Notes: generated by a model not told the origin, from the letters alone. Shown: positions 36,256 to 46,833, counted from the first letter of the stretch. The stretch is DNA of 61,812 nt from Deltaproteobacteria bacterium (GCA_032128115.1 JAQBHB010000053.1:1-61812), one strand, 5' to 3'. Numbers and translations: made by a program.

Positions 36256-37482
36256 TCAGCCTGCGAGTGCGTCCAGGATGCGGCACGGATCCGCCGCGTC
36301 GGCCTCGCGTCGGCAACGTTCACCCAGCTCCCGGGCGCGCTCGCGCACGACGTCGTTGTCGAGCACCGATTCCAGGATTGCGGCAAGGCGGTCGGCCCGC
36401 AGGTGCGTGCGTCGGAGCGGGGGCGGCCCCAGGCCCAGGAGCATCACCCGCCGTCCCCAGTAGTACTGGTCGAGCAGGTGGGGAATCACCAGCTGGGGAA
36501 CGCCGGCTCGGGCGGCCGTGGTGGTGGTTCCGGCGCCGCCGTGGTGCACCACCACGGACACCCGCCGAAACAGGGCGGCGTGGGATACAGGGCCGGCGAC
36601 GAACACCTCTTCGGGCACGGGGCCGGGCGCCAGGTTTGCCCACCCCCGCGAGATCACGGCGCGCTGGCCCAGGCGGGCGATCGCCTCCAGCAGGCAACGG
36701 GTGGTCGCCTCGGGATCCGGGTCGGGCATGCTTCCGAAGCCCACGTACAGGGGTGGGGGGCCAGCGTTCAAGAAGGCCTCGAGCTTTTCGGGCAGCGCCT
36801 CGCCGGCCACCGGGTGCAGACACGGGATCTGTTGGGCCGCCGGCGCCGTGTCGCTCGGGGCGGGCGCAAGCGGGGCGTCGGCCGCCAGCACCGGCCGCGG
36901 CGAGAGCAGGTGGCGGTAGACGTCGCGCACGGCCGGCAGCCCAAGCGCGGCGCGCTCCCGGTTCAGGACGCGCCGGATTCCCAGGTTCCAGGACACGGCG
37001 ACGGTTCTCCACAGCAACAGATTGACCCAGCCGGGCAACTCGCCGGTGGGGAGCAACGGGGGCGGGTGTTCGCGCGAGCGGAGCAGGGCCGGGCAATAGA
37101 CCACGAAGCGATACGGAATTCCGTGCAGCTCGGCAGCCGTTGGGCCAGCGAACTGGAGACCCGCACCCACGATGACATCCACGTCCCGGGTGGCGTCGGG
37201 AATCACCTGGAACTGGGCCGGCACGGCGGTCTTGCCGTAGCTGTCGAATTCGCGCAGGGACGCAAGCCCGCCGCGGGAGATGAGGTCGGCGTGTTCAGTC
37301 AGATACGGACGCACCGGCGCTCCTACCGGGCAGAACTCGAGGCCGCGGGCGTGGGTCGCGCCCCGGAAGTCCGGCGGCGCGCACACGCGAACGCCGTGGC
37401 CGGCGGCCAGCAGGGCCTCGCCCAGCGCCAGCAGCGGATACACGTCTCCGCGCGTTCCCTCGACCGCCAATGCGATGCGCAA
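36256..37482 (-). CDS. GT1-type glycosyltransferase (sterol/secondary-metabolite glucosyltransferase-like)
   Basis: GTRGDVYP, YVGFGSM, VHHGGAGTT, DQYYWG. Confidence 0.92.
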   Translation of the reverse strand: MRIALAVEGTRGDVYPLLALGEALLAAGHGVRVCAPPDFRGATHARGLEFCPVGAPVRPYLTEHADLISRGGLASLREFDSYGKTAVPAQFQVIPDATRDVDVIVGAGLQFAGPTAAELHGIPYRFVVYCPALLRSREHPPPLLPTGELPGWVNLLLWRTVAVSWNLGIRRVLNRERAALGLPAVRDVYRHLLSPRPVLAADAPLAPAPSDTAPAAQQIPCLHPVAGEALPEKLEAFLNAGPPPLYVGFGSMPDPDPEATTRCLLEAIARLGQRAVISRGWANLAPGPVPEEVFVAGPVSHAALFRRVSVVVHHGGAGTTTTAARAGVPQLVIPHLLDQYYWGRRVMLLGLGPPPLRRTHLRADRLAAILESVLDNDVVRERARELGERCRREADAADPCRILDALAG

Positions 37483-37545
37483 GGCCGGGTCCCCCAGGTG
37501 TCCTGGGGTCGCATCGGCCTGGGCCAGCTCAGCCTGTAGCGGCGC

Positions 37546-38907
37546 TCAATGCCGGCCGCCGTACACGACGAAGTAGGGGATGCACACGACGGAAAGGAAC
37601 CCCAGCGCCGCCACCGGGACGGTCCAGCGGCGTCCGGACAGCGCCGCGGGCAGGCTGCGCCAGTGGAGGACGCTCCAGGCGCCGTACACCATGAACAGGG
37701 GCATCCACGGCAGTCGGAAACGCGGCGTCGCGTTCGCGAGGATGTGCAGGCCCGCGACCGCCGCGAGTACCAGGGCTGGCAAGAGTCGGCGGCCCGGCCC
37801 CGGCGCCGCGGCGAATCCGATGATTCCGGCCGTGAGCACTGCCCCATAACTCAGCGCGCAGAGCCACAGCAATGCGGTTTGCCAGGCGGGGGCCACGTCG
37901 CCGTAGTTTCCCCGACGCAGCTTGTACAGCAGCACCGAATCGGGCTCGCCCAGTTGCGCCAGACTGCGGATGATCTTCTTGAAGATCCACAGGGGCTGTT
38001 CGGCGGCGATCCGCTCCAGAGCCTGGCGCCGGGCGTAGTCCAGGCGTTCCGCTTCGTCCGCGATGGCGAAGTACGCGGCCCGGTATTGCTGCTGGGCTGG
38101 ACCATCCGGGGCCAGCCACGAGCTCTCCAGGGTGTTGCCCTCGGCGGCGGCGAACCAGCCCACGGTGGAGACCGGAACCAAGCGCCCGAGCACGCGCTGG
38201 TTGCGAAGCGTCCAGGGGACGATCGCGGCAACCATGAGAGCCAGCATGAGCGCGGCCCGACCCGCCGCGCGCCCCCGCTGTGTTGCCGCCGCGGTGTGCC
38301 ACAGCCAGAAGCCCGCGACGCCGGCAATCGGGATTGCTGCTTCGCGCGTGAGTGCCGCCGCGCCGAACAGCGCCCCCGCGGCAACGGCGGTGCCCCAGCC
38401 GGCTCGCTGCTGCAGGACCACGACGGTCGCCAGGGCGCCCGTCACAAGCACCGTGAACAGGGGCTCGGACCAGAGAGTGTGACTCTGTGCCACCCAGTTG
38501 GGATACACGGCCATGACGGCGGCGGCGCCAGAGGCCACTCGCCAATCGAACAGGGCCCTACCCAGGCATCCGGTGACGAACACCAACAGCGTGCCCAGGG
38601 CCACCTGCCAGCGAAGCATGCGGTGGACCCACTGCTTCAGGTTCGATTCGCTGCGGGGCTGGTTCGGGTCCACGAACCACGAGAGCAGCCACGCGTGGGC
38701 GGGCGGGCGCCAGGCGCGCGAGCCTCCCTCGTCGCGGCTGTTGATGTGGCCGCGCCCGCTGGCCAGGTTGATGGCCGTGATCCCGTAGTAGTTCTCGTCG
38801 CCGGTGAGCTTCGGGGGCCCGAGCGTCTCGAGGACGCCCCAGCGCAAGACGCCACCCAGGGCCGCGATCGCCAGGAGCACGGCGAGGCCGCGGGTTCGCT
38901 CCCGCAT
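37546..38907 (-). CDS. GT-C fold membrane glycosyltransferase (family 39/ArnT-like)
   Basis: GDENYY after the first TM, RPP motif, LWSEPL, PWTLRN, PRFRLP; many TM helices. Confidence 0.82.
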   Translation of the reverse strand: MRERTRGLAVLLAIAALGGVLRWGVLETLGPPKLTGDENYYGITAINLASGRGHINSRDEGGSRAWRPPAHAWLLSWFVDPNQPRSESNLKQWVHRMLRWQVALGTLLVFVTGCLGRALFDWRVASGAAAVMAVYPNWVAQSHTLWSEPLFTVLVTGALATVVVLQQRAGWGTAVAAGALFGAAALTREAAIPIAGVAGFWLWHTAAATQRGRAAGRAALMLALMVAAIVPWTLRNQRVLGRLVPVSTVGWFAAAEGNTLESSWLAPDGPAQQQYRAAYFAIADEAERLDYARRQALERIAAEQPLWIFKKIIRSLAQLGEPDSVLLYKLRRGNYGDVAPAWQTALLWLCALSYGAVLTAGIIGFAAAPGPGRRLLPALVLAAVAGLHILANATPRFRLPWMPLFMVYGAWSVLHWRSLPAALSGRRWTVPVAALGFLSVVCIPYFVVYGGRH

Positions 38908-39947
38908 CAGAAGTCGCGGGTCTCCCCGATGCGCAGGATCCAGGCGTCGTCGGGTCCGTAGCCTGCGGCCTCGGCCGCCGCCCGAAAGCGGCGTGGCGGC
39001 TCGTCCAGGGGTTCGTCCGAGAGATCGAAGGTGGCGAAGTGCATGCCAAGCAGGTGACGCGCGTCCAGGTCGCGACCCGCCTGCACCGCCTCTTCCGGGT
39101 CCAGGTGGTAGGGGCGCATCATGGCCACCGGCTCATAGGCCCCGATGGGAACGGCCGCCAGATCGAAAGGACCGAGCTTTTCGCCGATGTCGCGGAAGCC
39201 CGGGAACATGCCCGAGTCGCCGCCGAAGTAGAAACGGCGCCGGGGCGAGAGCACGGCCCACGAAGACCACAGAGCGCGGCGTTCGTCGCGGAGCCCGCGC
39301 CGGCTCCAGTGCTGGGTCGGCAAACAAAAAATCTCAACGTCGCCCAGGCTGCGGGAGTCGCCCCAGTCGAACTCTTCCACGCCCTCGATGCCGCGGGAGC
39401 GCAGCAACGCGCCGTTGCCCAGGGGAACCAGGAAGCGTGTGCCGTGCCCGCGTTCGGCGAGTGCTTCCAGGGTGTCCAGGTCCAGGTGGTCGTAGTGGTT
39501 GTGGGAGATCAGCACGAAGTCGATGGGAGGCAGGGCGTCCATGTCGATGCCCGGATCGACGAAGCGCCGCGGCCCCAGCCAGATGGGGCTCGCCGTGTCC
39601 GACCAGGTGGGATCCGTGAGAAACGTGGTGCCCCCCATCTGCACCAACAGCGTGGCGTGGCCCACCCAGGTGACCGTCGGAACGCTGTGCTTGGCGTTCT
39701 CACGCAGGAATGCGCCGTCGTTGAGAATCCGCTCGGGGGCCCCGTCGCGCCCGGCCATCGCGACCCACAGGCGCCGGAACCCGAAGCCGAAAGGCGGATC
39801 GCCGTGGCGGATCACGCCTCCCAGGTTCTCGAAGCGGCCGTCCGGGTCGCGCAGTGCGGGGCCGAACAGGGGCTCGGCGAAGGCGCCGGTCGTGATCGAA
39901 ATCGCGCACGCAAAGGCGATCCCGAGCGATGTGCGCCGCCTGACCAT
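38907..39947 (-). CDS. MBL-fold metallo-hydrolase (NAPE-PLD/RomA-like)
   Basis: TWVGHATLL, LTDP, ISHNHYDHLD, QHWSRR, PIGAYEP; ATG 39947. Confidence 0.92.
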   Translation of the reverse strand: MVRRRTSLGIAFACAISITTGAFAEPLFGPALRDPDGRFENLGGVIRHGDPPFGFGFRRLWVAMAGRDGAPERILNDGAFLRENAKHSVPTVTWVGHATLLVQMGGTTFLTDPTWSDTASPIWLGPRRFVDPGIDMDALPPIDFVLISHNHYDHLDLDTLEALAERGHGTRFLVPLGNGALLRSRGIEGVEEFDWGDSRSLGDVEIFCLPTQHWSRRGLRDERRALWSSWAVLSPRRRFYFGGDSGMFPGFRDIGEKLGPFDLAAVPIGAYEPVAMMRPYHLDPEEAVQAGRDLDARHLLGMHFATFDLSDEPLDEPPRRFRAAAEAAGYGPDDAWILRIGETRDF

Positions 39948-39970
39948 GGGTCGCAGCGTAGCCCCGGCGC

Positions 39971-40864
39971 TCACTGCAGGGCGAGGCTCCAGGCGCCGAT
40001 CACGGCTGCGATCGCCGCTGCGCCCGCCAGGCCCTGCGCGCCGACGCCGGCGGGGCGGGTGGAAAGAAAGCCCACGGGCAGGCCCAGGGCGGCTCCCACC
40101 GCCAGCCCCCAGAGATGGGCCCACAGGTCCACCCGTTCACCTGAGGTTCCCAGCATGGCGAGCAATCCCAACGCGGCGGCGACGGGGATCCAGACCCGAC
40201 GACCCCGAACGCCGCGTCGCCACCAGCGACTCACGCCCAGGCCGCCCAACAGGCCCACTGCGCCGAAAACCGCAGTCGACGCCCCCACCGACGCGTGGGG
40301 GGAGCCGTAGACCGCCGCGTTGATCAGGTTGCCGCAGGCCCCGGCCAGCAGGACCAGGCCGGCACCGACGCCAGGGCCCAGGATCCGGCAGACGGCGGTG
40401 ATGAAGAAGGCGCCCACCACGGCATTGGTCATCGCGTGGCCCGCATCGGCGTGAAGCGACAGAGCCGTGATCAGGCGCCAGGGTTCTCCGGTCAGGATCT
40501 TCTCCGCGTCGGCGCTGCCCTGTGCGAACCAGGTCACGTCCGGTCGGCGCGGGCCGGTGTGCGCGAAGAACCACAGCAGGGCCGTCGAGATCGCGAGCCC
40601 CGTGGGCAGTGCGGCCGGGTGGGCCGGCGCCGGCTCGGACGACCGGGGACTGCGCTCTTCGGACCGGGCCGGGTTCTCGCGCTCCCAGGCCGCGAGCGCG
40701 GTCTCCGCCCGGGTCCGGTCGAGCTCGGGCACGCCCAGGGCATAGCCCTCGGGCGCGCGCCACACCCGCGGCGTGAGGCCTTCGGCCGCGAGCACCAGCG
40801 CCCACTCGTCGGCGATGTGCCGACGCGCAGTGGTCCGGATCGGCACCTCGGTCGGCCGGGTCAA
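39971..40864 (-). CDS. rhomboid family intramembrane serine protease
   Basis: EPWRLITALSLH...H..N, VGASTAVFG, AHLWG. Confidence 0.9.
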   Translation of the reverse strand: MTRPTEVPIRTTARRHIADEWALVLAAEGLTPRVWRAPEGYALGVPELDRTRAETALAAWERENPARSEERSPRSSEPAPAHPAALPTGLAISTALLWFFAHTGPRRPDVTWFAQGSADAEKILTGEPWRLITALSLHADAGHAMTNAVVGAFFITAVCRILGPGVGAGLVLLAGACGNLINAAVYGSPHASVGASTAVFGAVGLLGGLGVSRWWRRGVRGRRVWIPVAAALGLLAMLGTSGERVDLWAHLWGLAVGAALGLPVGFLSTRPAGVGAQGLAGAAAIAAVIGAWSLALQ

Positions 40865-42867
40865 TCCAGGCCACGGGTCTGGAGTGCTACGAAACGCCGG
40901 TAGGCACCATCGGGTCGCGCCATCAGCTCGTCATGGCTGCCGCGCTCGAGGATGCGGCCCTCCGCCACGAACAGGATCTGGTCGGCGGCGCGCACGGAGG
41001 ACAGGCGGTGCGAGATCACGACCACGCAGCGCGTGCGGGCCGCCTCGAGCAGGGTCGCCACCAGCTTCTGCTCGGTTTCCGTGTCGAGGGCCGAGCTGGG
41101 TTCGTCGAAGATCAGGATTGGAGCCTCGCGCACCAGGGCGCGCGCGATGGCGAGGCGCTGCTTCTGGCCCACGGAGAGCTTTCCGCCGGCGCGGCCCAGG
41201 CGTGTGCCGTAGTCGTCAGGCAGTGTCTCGATGAACTCGTCGGCGCCCGCGGCGGCGGCAGCGCGTCGCACCTGCGCGTCGCTGGCCCCGGGCAGGCCCA
41301 CCCGGATGTTGGCCTCGACGCTGGCATCGAACAGGGCGGTTTCCTGGAACACGAACCCGATCTGGCTGCGCAGGGACTCGCGGGTCACCCGGGCCACATC
41401 GGCCTCGTCGATGAGGACGCGGCCCGAATCGGGCTGCACGAAGCGCGGAATCGCGTAGGCGATCGTGGTCTTTCCGGCACCCGCGGGGCCCACCAGGGCC
41501 GTGAGGCTACCCACGGGGGCCTCGAAGCTCACGCCCCGGACGGCTTCCGTGCCGTCCGGGTAGCGGACGTGCAGGTCCTCTACCCGGACACCGCGTCGCA
41601 CCGGAGCCAGCGGCTGTGCATCCGCAGGATCCTCTTCTGCGGGGTGGTCCATCAGGGAGAACACGCGACCCAGACCGGCCGCCGCATCCTGGACCTGCAG
41701 CCACAGGGACCCGATGCGCGTCGAGTAGCCCGCGATCTGCACGAAGTAGATGAACACCACGGCGAAGTCGCCGGTGCTCAGCTCTCCCCGGATCACCAGG
41801 TCGGTGAGGGTCACGTAGAGCCAGCCCGACAACACCAGGGCCGGGATCGCGCCCGCGCCGATGGCGGCGATGGTCGCCAGCACGAGCGCCCGGTAATCGC
41901 CGAAGGCGGCCCAGCTGTCGCGTTCGAAGCGCGCGCGCTGACGGCCCTCGGCGCCCAGACTCTGGACCGCGACGATGTTGGCGAAGCCTTCCTCCAGGCT
42001 GGTGGTGGTGGTGGCGCCGGCATCGCGTGCGGTCCGGGCGCGCCGGCGCAGCAGCGCACCGAATCCCAGGGCGATGACCATCGACAGGGGTAGGAACGCG
42101 AAGGCCGACCCTGCGATGCCCGGCGTGTCGCCGTACACCATGCGCAGCACCGCCACCGTGACCAGCAGTGCCAGCACGCCCGCAGTCGGCACCAGCAGCA
42201 GTCGGTAGACCGCGCGGGTGATGGACGGCGTGTCGTACATGAGCCGGTAGACCGCGTCGCCGATGCGTGCGTCGTCGAAGGCCGTGATGGGCAGGGCCTG
42301 GATACGTTCGAACAACCGCGATCGGTAGTGGTGGTTGAAGGCCTGGGTCAGGCGCAGGGTGAAGCGGAACTCGAACAGCCCCAGCAGGCCTGCGACGAAG
42401 CTGTGCCCCCAGTTGGCTTCGTTCTCGGTGCGCGTGGCCATGTCGCGGCCATTGGCCAGGTCGTCCTCGGTGTGGTCCACCTCGGCGGAGGTGGAGCCCA
42501 GGCCGCCGATGGCGATCACCAGCACGGCCTGGATCGCCAGCATCCACAGCAGGATCTCGCTGGGCGACAGCCCCACCAGTGGCTTCAGCACCGGCCACAG
42601 AAAAGCGGGGTACGGAACCGAGGGATCGCCCACCGGCACTCCCCGGATCACGTGGTCGATGATGATCTTCACCGGCCAGGGAAGCAGCAGCCGGGGAACG
42701 ATGCTCAGCATCACGAGCCCGAACTTGGCGGTCAGGCGCACCCAGAACGGGCCTGCGTAGCGCAGGGCCCGCGCCAGGAGGGCGACGGTTTCGCGATCCG
42801 AGGGGACGGGTGCGGTCGCGGCGGTCACGGGCTCACCCCGGATAGCCGGGTCGGTTGCGGCGGTCAC
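40861..42867 (-). CDS. ABC exporter, fused permease/ATPase
   Basis: GPAGAGKT, LSVGQKQR, DEPSSALD; GTG 42867 overlaps the upstream stop (alternative GTG 42828). Confidence 0.92.
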   Translation of the reverse strand: MTAATDPAIRGEPVTAATAPVPSDRETVALLARALRYAGPFWVRLTAKFGLVMLSIVPRLLLPWPVKIIIDHVIRGVPVGDPSVPYPAFLWPVLKPLVGLSPSEILLWMLAIQAVLVIAIGGLGSTSAEVDHTEDDLANGRDMATRTENEANWGHSFVAGLLGLFEFRFTLRLTQAFNHHYRSRLFERIQALPITAFDDARIGDAVYRLMYDTPSITRAVYRLLLVPTAGVLALLVTVAVLRMVYGDTPGIAGSAFAFLPLSMVIALGFGALLRRRARTARDAGATTTTSLEEGFANIVAVQSLGAEGRQRARFERDSWAAFGDYRALVLATIAAIGAGAIPALVLSGWLYVTLTDLVIRGELSTGDFAVVFIYFVQIAGYSTRIGSLWLQVQDAAAGLGRVFSLMDHPAEEDPADAQPLAPVRRGVRVEDLHVRYPDGTEAVRGVSFEAPVGSLTALVGPAGAGKTTIAYAIPRFVQPDSGRVLIDEADVARVTRESLRSQIGFVFQETALFDASVEANIRVGLPGASDAQVRRAAAAAGADEFIETLPDDYGTRLGRAGGKLSVGQKQRLAIARALVREAPILIFDEPSSALDTETEQKLVATLLEAARTRCVVVISHRLSSVRAADQILFVAEGRILERGSHDELMARPDGAYRRFVALQTRGLD

Positions 42868-42899
42868 GGGCTCACCCCGGATAGCCGGGTCGGTCGCGG
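42813..42899. repeat. 39-bp tandem duplication spanning the junction of the two ABC genes
   Basis: Units 42813-42851 and 42852-42890 (one mismatch) plus a 9-bp partial third unit. Confidence 0.92.
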
Positions 42900-44819
42900 G
42901 TTCGCGTCGCGCAGCCACAGATCGCGGTAGGCACCGCCCCGCCGGAACAGGTCGTCGTGGGACCCGCACTGGACCACGCGGCCGTCGGCCAGGAACAGGA
43001 TCTTGTTCGCGTGCCGCAGGCTGGAGAGGCGATGGGTGATCAGGAAGATCACCCGATCGTGTCCCCAGGCCGCCAGGTTCTTCAGCACCTGGAACTCGGT
43101 CTCCGCGTCCAGGGAGGCGGTGGGCTCATCGAGGATCAGGACCGGCGCGTCCTTCATCACGGCGCGGGCGATGGAGAGCCTCTGCTTTTCGCCGGTGGAG
43201 AGCTTGGCGCCGCGGTCCCCCAACAGGGTGTCATAGCCGGCAGGAAGTGTCTGGATGAAGCCGTCGGCACACGCGACCCGGGCGGCCGCGCGCACGGCGG
43301 CGTCTGGCGCCGCCGGGGCCGCGTACCGGATGTTCTCGCGCACACTGGCGCCGAAGAGCAGGTTCTCCTGCAGCGCAATGGAAATCTGCGAGCGCAGGCT
43401 CGCGAGCTGCAGCTCACGCAGGTCGACGCCGTCGATTTCCACCCGACCCCGGTCCGGGTCGAACAGGCGCAGAAGCAGCGACATCAGGGTGCTCTTGCCC
43501 GCCCCGGTGGGTCCCACGATGGCGGTGATGCTTCCGACCCGGGCCTCGAGATCAACGTCCTGCAGGACGGGTCGATCGGGCCGATAGCCGAAGCTCACGC
43601 TCCGGTACGCGATGCCGCGTTCCACGGCTTCCAGCGGGCGAGCATCCGACCGCTCGCGAACTTCGGGCTCCAGGTCGAGCAGAGCGAACACCCGATCGAG
43701 ACCGGCCGACACGTCCTGGGCCCGGGCCCACAGCTTGAAGAGCGTCTCCACGCCCTGGGTTCCCTCACCGGCCATGGCTTTGAACAGGTTGAAGCGTCCC
43801 AGGGTCCAGGTCGTGAAGCCCGCGGTCACCAACAGCCGCTGGGCGAACAGGCCGGCGCCGTCGCGAGTCTGCAGGGCCGCGGCCGCGGTCGTGACCAGCA
43901 GCACCGCACCGGCGAGCCAGAACACGCCCACGCCCAACGTCGCGTACAGGTTTCGCGCCCGGTAGGCCGCGGCGAAGGCTTCCTTCGACTGGGCCTCGAA
44001 TCGCTCCTGTTCGAAGGCCTCGGCGCCGTACGCCTTGATCACGCGCATCCCGGACAGGGTCTCCTGGATGCGCGAGGTGAGGGCGCTGTTGGCCTCGCGC
44101 GCGCGGCGGAATCCGTCGCGCAGGCGCGGCGTGAACCAGCGACCCAGCAGGAGCGCGGGCGGCCAGATCATGCACAAGACCGCGGCGAGCGTGGGATCGA
44201 AACAGCCCACCACCACCACGGCCGTGAGGAAGCGCAGGATCTGGCCCAGGGGCTCGAGAATCAACGTCTGGATCACGTTCGTGACCACGGCGCTGTCCTG
44301 GTAGAGCCGATAGATGGCGTCGCCCACGCGGCTGTCGGCGTGGAAGCGCAGTGACAGGGTCTGGAGCCGGTCGAAGATTTCCAGGCGCAGCAGCTGATTG
44401 AGTCGCTGCAGGGTCCACACCAGGTAGTAGAACAGCGCGGCGGCGAGAGGCGCGATCAGGAGCACCAGACCCAGGGCGGCGAACATCTCTCGATCGCGCA
44501 CCGCGCGGCGCGCCTCCGGGTCGAGCAGGCCCTGCACGTGGACGTACTGATCCGGGTCCAGAAACATCAGGCGCGCCTCGAGGGAGGTGAGCGGGTGGCC
44601 CTCGAGGACCCGGGTCCAGTGCAGGTCGAAGAACAGGGCGGCGCTGGCCATGCCGAAGCTGCCGAGCACGGCAACGCCTGCGGCAAAGCGCACCAGATGC
44701 GGTGCCACCGGACGCAGCATCGGAAAGCAGCGACGTAGCAGGGTCAAGACGCGCCGGAATCCGAGGGCGTCCTCACTGTCGGGCAGGGCCGGATCGGCAG
44801 ACGGGGCCTCGCGGGACAC
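42864..44819 (-). CDS. ABC exporter, fused permease/ATPase (probable heterodimer partner)
   Basis: GPTGAGKS, LSTGEKQR, DEPTASLD, ITHRL. Confidence 0.93.
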   Translation of the reverse strand: MSREAPSADPALPDSEDALGFRRVLTLLRRCFPMLRPVAPHLVRFAAGVAVLGSFGMASAALFFDLHWTRVLEGHPLTSLEARLMFLDPDQYVHVQGLLDPEARRAVRDREMFAALGLVLLIAPLAAALFYYLVWTLQRLNQLLRLEIFDRLQTLSLRFHADSRVGDAIYRLYQDSAVVTNVIQTLILEPLGQILRFLTAVVVVGCFDPTLAAVLCMIWPPALLLGRWFTPRLRDGFRRAREANSALTSRIQETLSGMRVIKAYGAEAFEQERFEAQSKEAFAAAYRARNLYATLGVGVFWLAGAVLLVTTAAAALQTRDGAGLFAQRLLVTAGFTTWTLGRFNLFKAMAGEGTQGVETLFKLWARAQDVSAGLDRVFALLDLEPEVRERSDARPLEAVERGIAYRSVSFGYRPDRPVLQDVDLEARVGSITAIVGPTGAGKSTLMSLLLRLFDPDRGRVEIDGVDLRELQLASLRSQISIALQENLLFGASVRENIRYAAPAAPDAAVRAAARVACADGFIQTLPAGYDTLLGDRGAKLSTGEKQRLSIARAVMKDAPVLILDEPTASLDAETEFQVLKNLAAWGHDRVIFLITHRLSSLRHANKILFLADGRVVQCGSHDDLFRRGGAYRDLWLRDANPRPTRLSGVSP

Positions 44820-44852
44820 CCCGGCATGATACGGAGGCTGGCGTGCGTAGGC

Positions 44853-46709
44853 TCAGGAGTCGTCTGCGGTCCCGGCGGCAGCCGATCGTCGGACTTCGGC
44901 CCGCTCCTGGAGCAGGCGGTAGCGGGTGAGGGGCCGCAGAAGATCGCCGGTCTGGGCCGCGTGCTCCTGCTCGAAGCGCTGCGCCTTCTCCAGGAGACGG
45001 ACGGCGACCGCGTAGCGCCCCAACGCGGCCATGGAGGCGGCGAGAGTCTTCATGGGCTCCACCACCCGGGCCGGCGGCGCGACCTGCACGGCCTCCTGGG
45101 CCACCCGCATCGCCTCCCGGGTGCGGTCGTCGTCGCGCGGTGCGGCCAGCAGGGCGCGGGCCAGGGCGTCCATCAATCGCCAGTCTTCCGGCGAATGCTC
45201 GAGCGCGCGGCGCAGCATGGGCACCGCATCCAGGGGGCGTTGGCGATCGATCAGCCGCTCCGTCAGGGCGAGCGCACTGGGTGCGAAGCCCGGGTCGGCC
45301 GCCAGCGCGGCCCGGTAGGCTTCGATCGCATCCGCATCGCGACGTTGCCCGGCGAGGGATGCCGCCAGGTTGTGGTGCCCGGCGGCGAGGCTGGGATCCA
45401 GGGCCACGGCGGCCCGGTAGTGCTCGATGGCCACTTCGAAGTTTCGTTCGCGTTGGTGCGCGGCGCCAAGCTTCATGTGCTGATCGCTCGAATTCGGGTC
45501 TACGCGCACGGCGATCTCGCGCATGGGGATCTCCAGGCCTGAACCGTAGAGACCCAGAAGCGCCAGCGCGCCGAAGGGGACCAGCAGGTATGCGAGCTGG
45601 GTCGCGTCCCGCCGCACACCGGGGGGGCCGGTGGGACGGGCGGGCGCCGCGTCGGCCGTCGGGATGTCCAGGTCCAAGCGGGTCTGGGGCTGTCGCACCT
45701 TCCAGATGAAGCCGTCGAAATAGAAGTGCATCACCGCGGACGTGAGTCCCAGGCTGATGATGATCGACACGACGAAGCGTCCGGTGAAGTAGTCCTCGGA
45801 GTTGGCCGCCGCACCGTACGCCAGGCACAACGCCACGTAGAAGAGGGCGAGCCCGGCGCCGGGCCGGAAGATGCGACTCAGCGCTCGCGAGGCGCTTCCC
45901 TTCTCCACCACGCGTCTGTTGTTGGCCCACACGATGGCCAGGTACTGGACATCGTGAAACATCTCGAAGGCGGCCAGGCCCAGCAGTACGGCGCTGCCCA
46001 TCAGCACCCAGCTGAAGTAGAGGAAGCCCATGCTGATGCCCAGAAGCGCGATCTTGGCCGGTGCGATCGGGCGCCCCTGGCGGTACTTCCAGGCGGTGTA
46101 TCCGATGTAGACGACGGCCACGGCCGTGGCGACGACGGTGGCGGCGCTTCGGGCCGTGTCGCCGAACAGCATGGGCAGGAAATAGAGGCCCGAGATCTCC
46201 GCGGGGCGCACGATCCACTCCGTGGCGCCCTCGCTCCACAGCAGGATCGCCACGAAGCTCACGGCGCAGATCAGCCAATCGAGATGCCGGGTGGTGGACG
46301 AGTTCTCACCGCGCTTGGCGTCGTAGATGCGCATGAAGCCGTAGACCTGCATGAAGCCGTGCCAGATGCTCCAGATCGCGACCAGTGCCGCGGCGCCGTG
46401 CATCTCGTTCCACGTGAATCCGAAAATCGCCAGGAAGCACACGGGGGGGGCGAGCAGGAAACGCAGGCGGAAGCGACGGAACAGCGCCGGGTCGCCGTAG
46501 GCGCGCAGGAAGCCCGGCAGGTGGTGGCCGGTCGACAGCACACCCAGCACGAATCCAGCGACCAGGGTGGGGGAGAAGGCTGCCGCCAGGAGGTAGATCA
46601 GCGGCGCGATCAGGAGCGGTGCCCCGATCACGAATACCGCGTCGGCAACGGGCGAGATGATCCAGAGGTTTCGGGGGGGCTGCGGCAGGCTGGGAGAAAA
46701 AGCGGCCAC
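44853..46709 (-). CDS. multi-pass membrane protein with conserved His motifs and C-terminal TPR repeats
   Basis: Paralogue of 6962..8635; TM region followed by TPRs (AIEHYRAAVALDP, AIEAYRAALAADP). Confidence 0.8.
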   Translation of the reverse strand: MAAFSPSLPQPPRNLWIISPVADAVFVIGAPLLIAPLIYLLAAAFSPTLVAGFVLGVLSTGHHLPGFLRAYGDPALFRRFRLRFLLAPPVCFLAIFGFTWNEMHGAAALVAIWSIWHGFMQVYGFMRIYDAKRGENSSTTRHLDWLICAVSFVAILLWSEGATEWIVRPAEISGLYFLPMLFGDTARSAATVVATAVAVVYIGYTAWKYRQGRPIAPAKIALLGISMGFLYFSWVLMGSAVLLGLAAFEMFHDVQYLAIVWANNRRVVEKGSASRALSRIFRPGAGLALFYVALCLAYGAAANSEDYFTGRFVVSIIISLGLTSAVMHFYFDGFIWKVRQPQTRLDLDIPTADAAPARPTGPPGVRRDATQLAYLLVPFGALALLGLYGSGLEIPMREIAVRVDPNSSDQHMKLGAAHQRERNFEVAIEHYRAAVALDPSLAAGHHNLAASLAGQRRDADAIEAYRAALAADPGFAPSALALTERLIDRQRPLDAVPMLRRALEHSPEDWRLMDALARALLAAPRDDDRTREAMRVAQEAVQVAPPARVVEPMKTLAASMAALGRYAVAVRLLEKAQRFEQEHAAQTGDLLRPLTRYRLLQERAEVRRSAAAGTADDS

Positions 46710-46833
46710 GATGGCGCAAACGTAGCCATTTCACGTCATCATGGGAGTCGGCCGGGATCGGCACGCCCACTCGAAATCGGTATTTCCCCTCCGGCCGTGC
46801 GTCGGTTAGGGTAGGGGCGGCAAGGAGATCGAA

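Noticed and set aside
46710..46730. Second sigma-54-like sequence (minus strand TGGCTACGTTTGCGC) before the His/TPR gene
   Set aside because: The TTGC is 2 nt too close to the GG, and the site lies only a few nt from the start codon.
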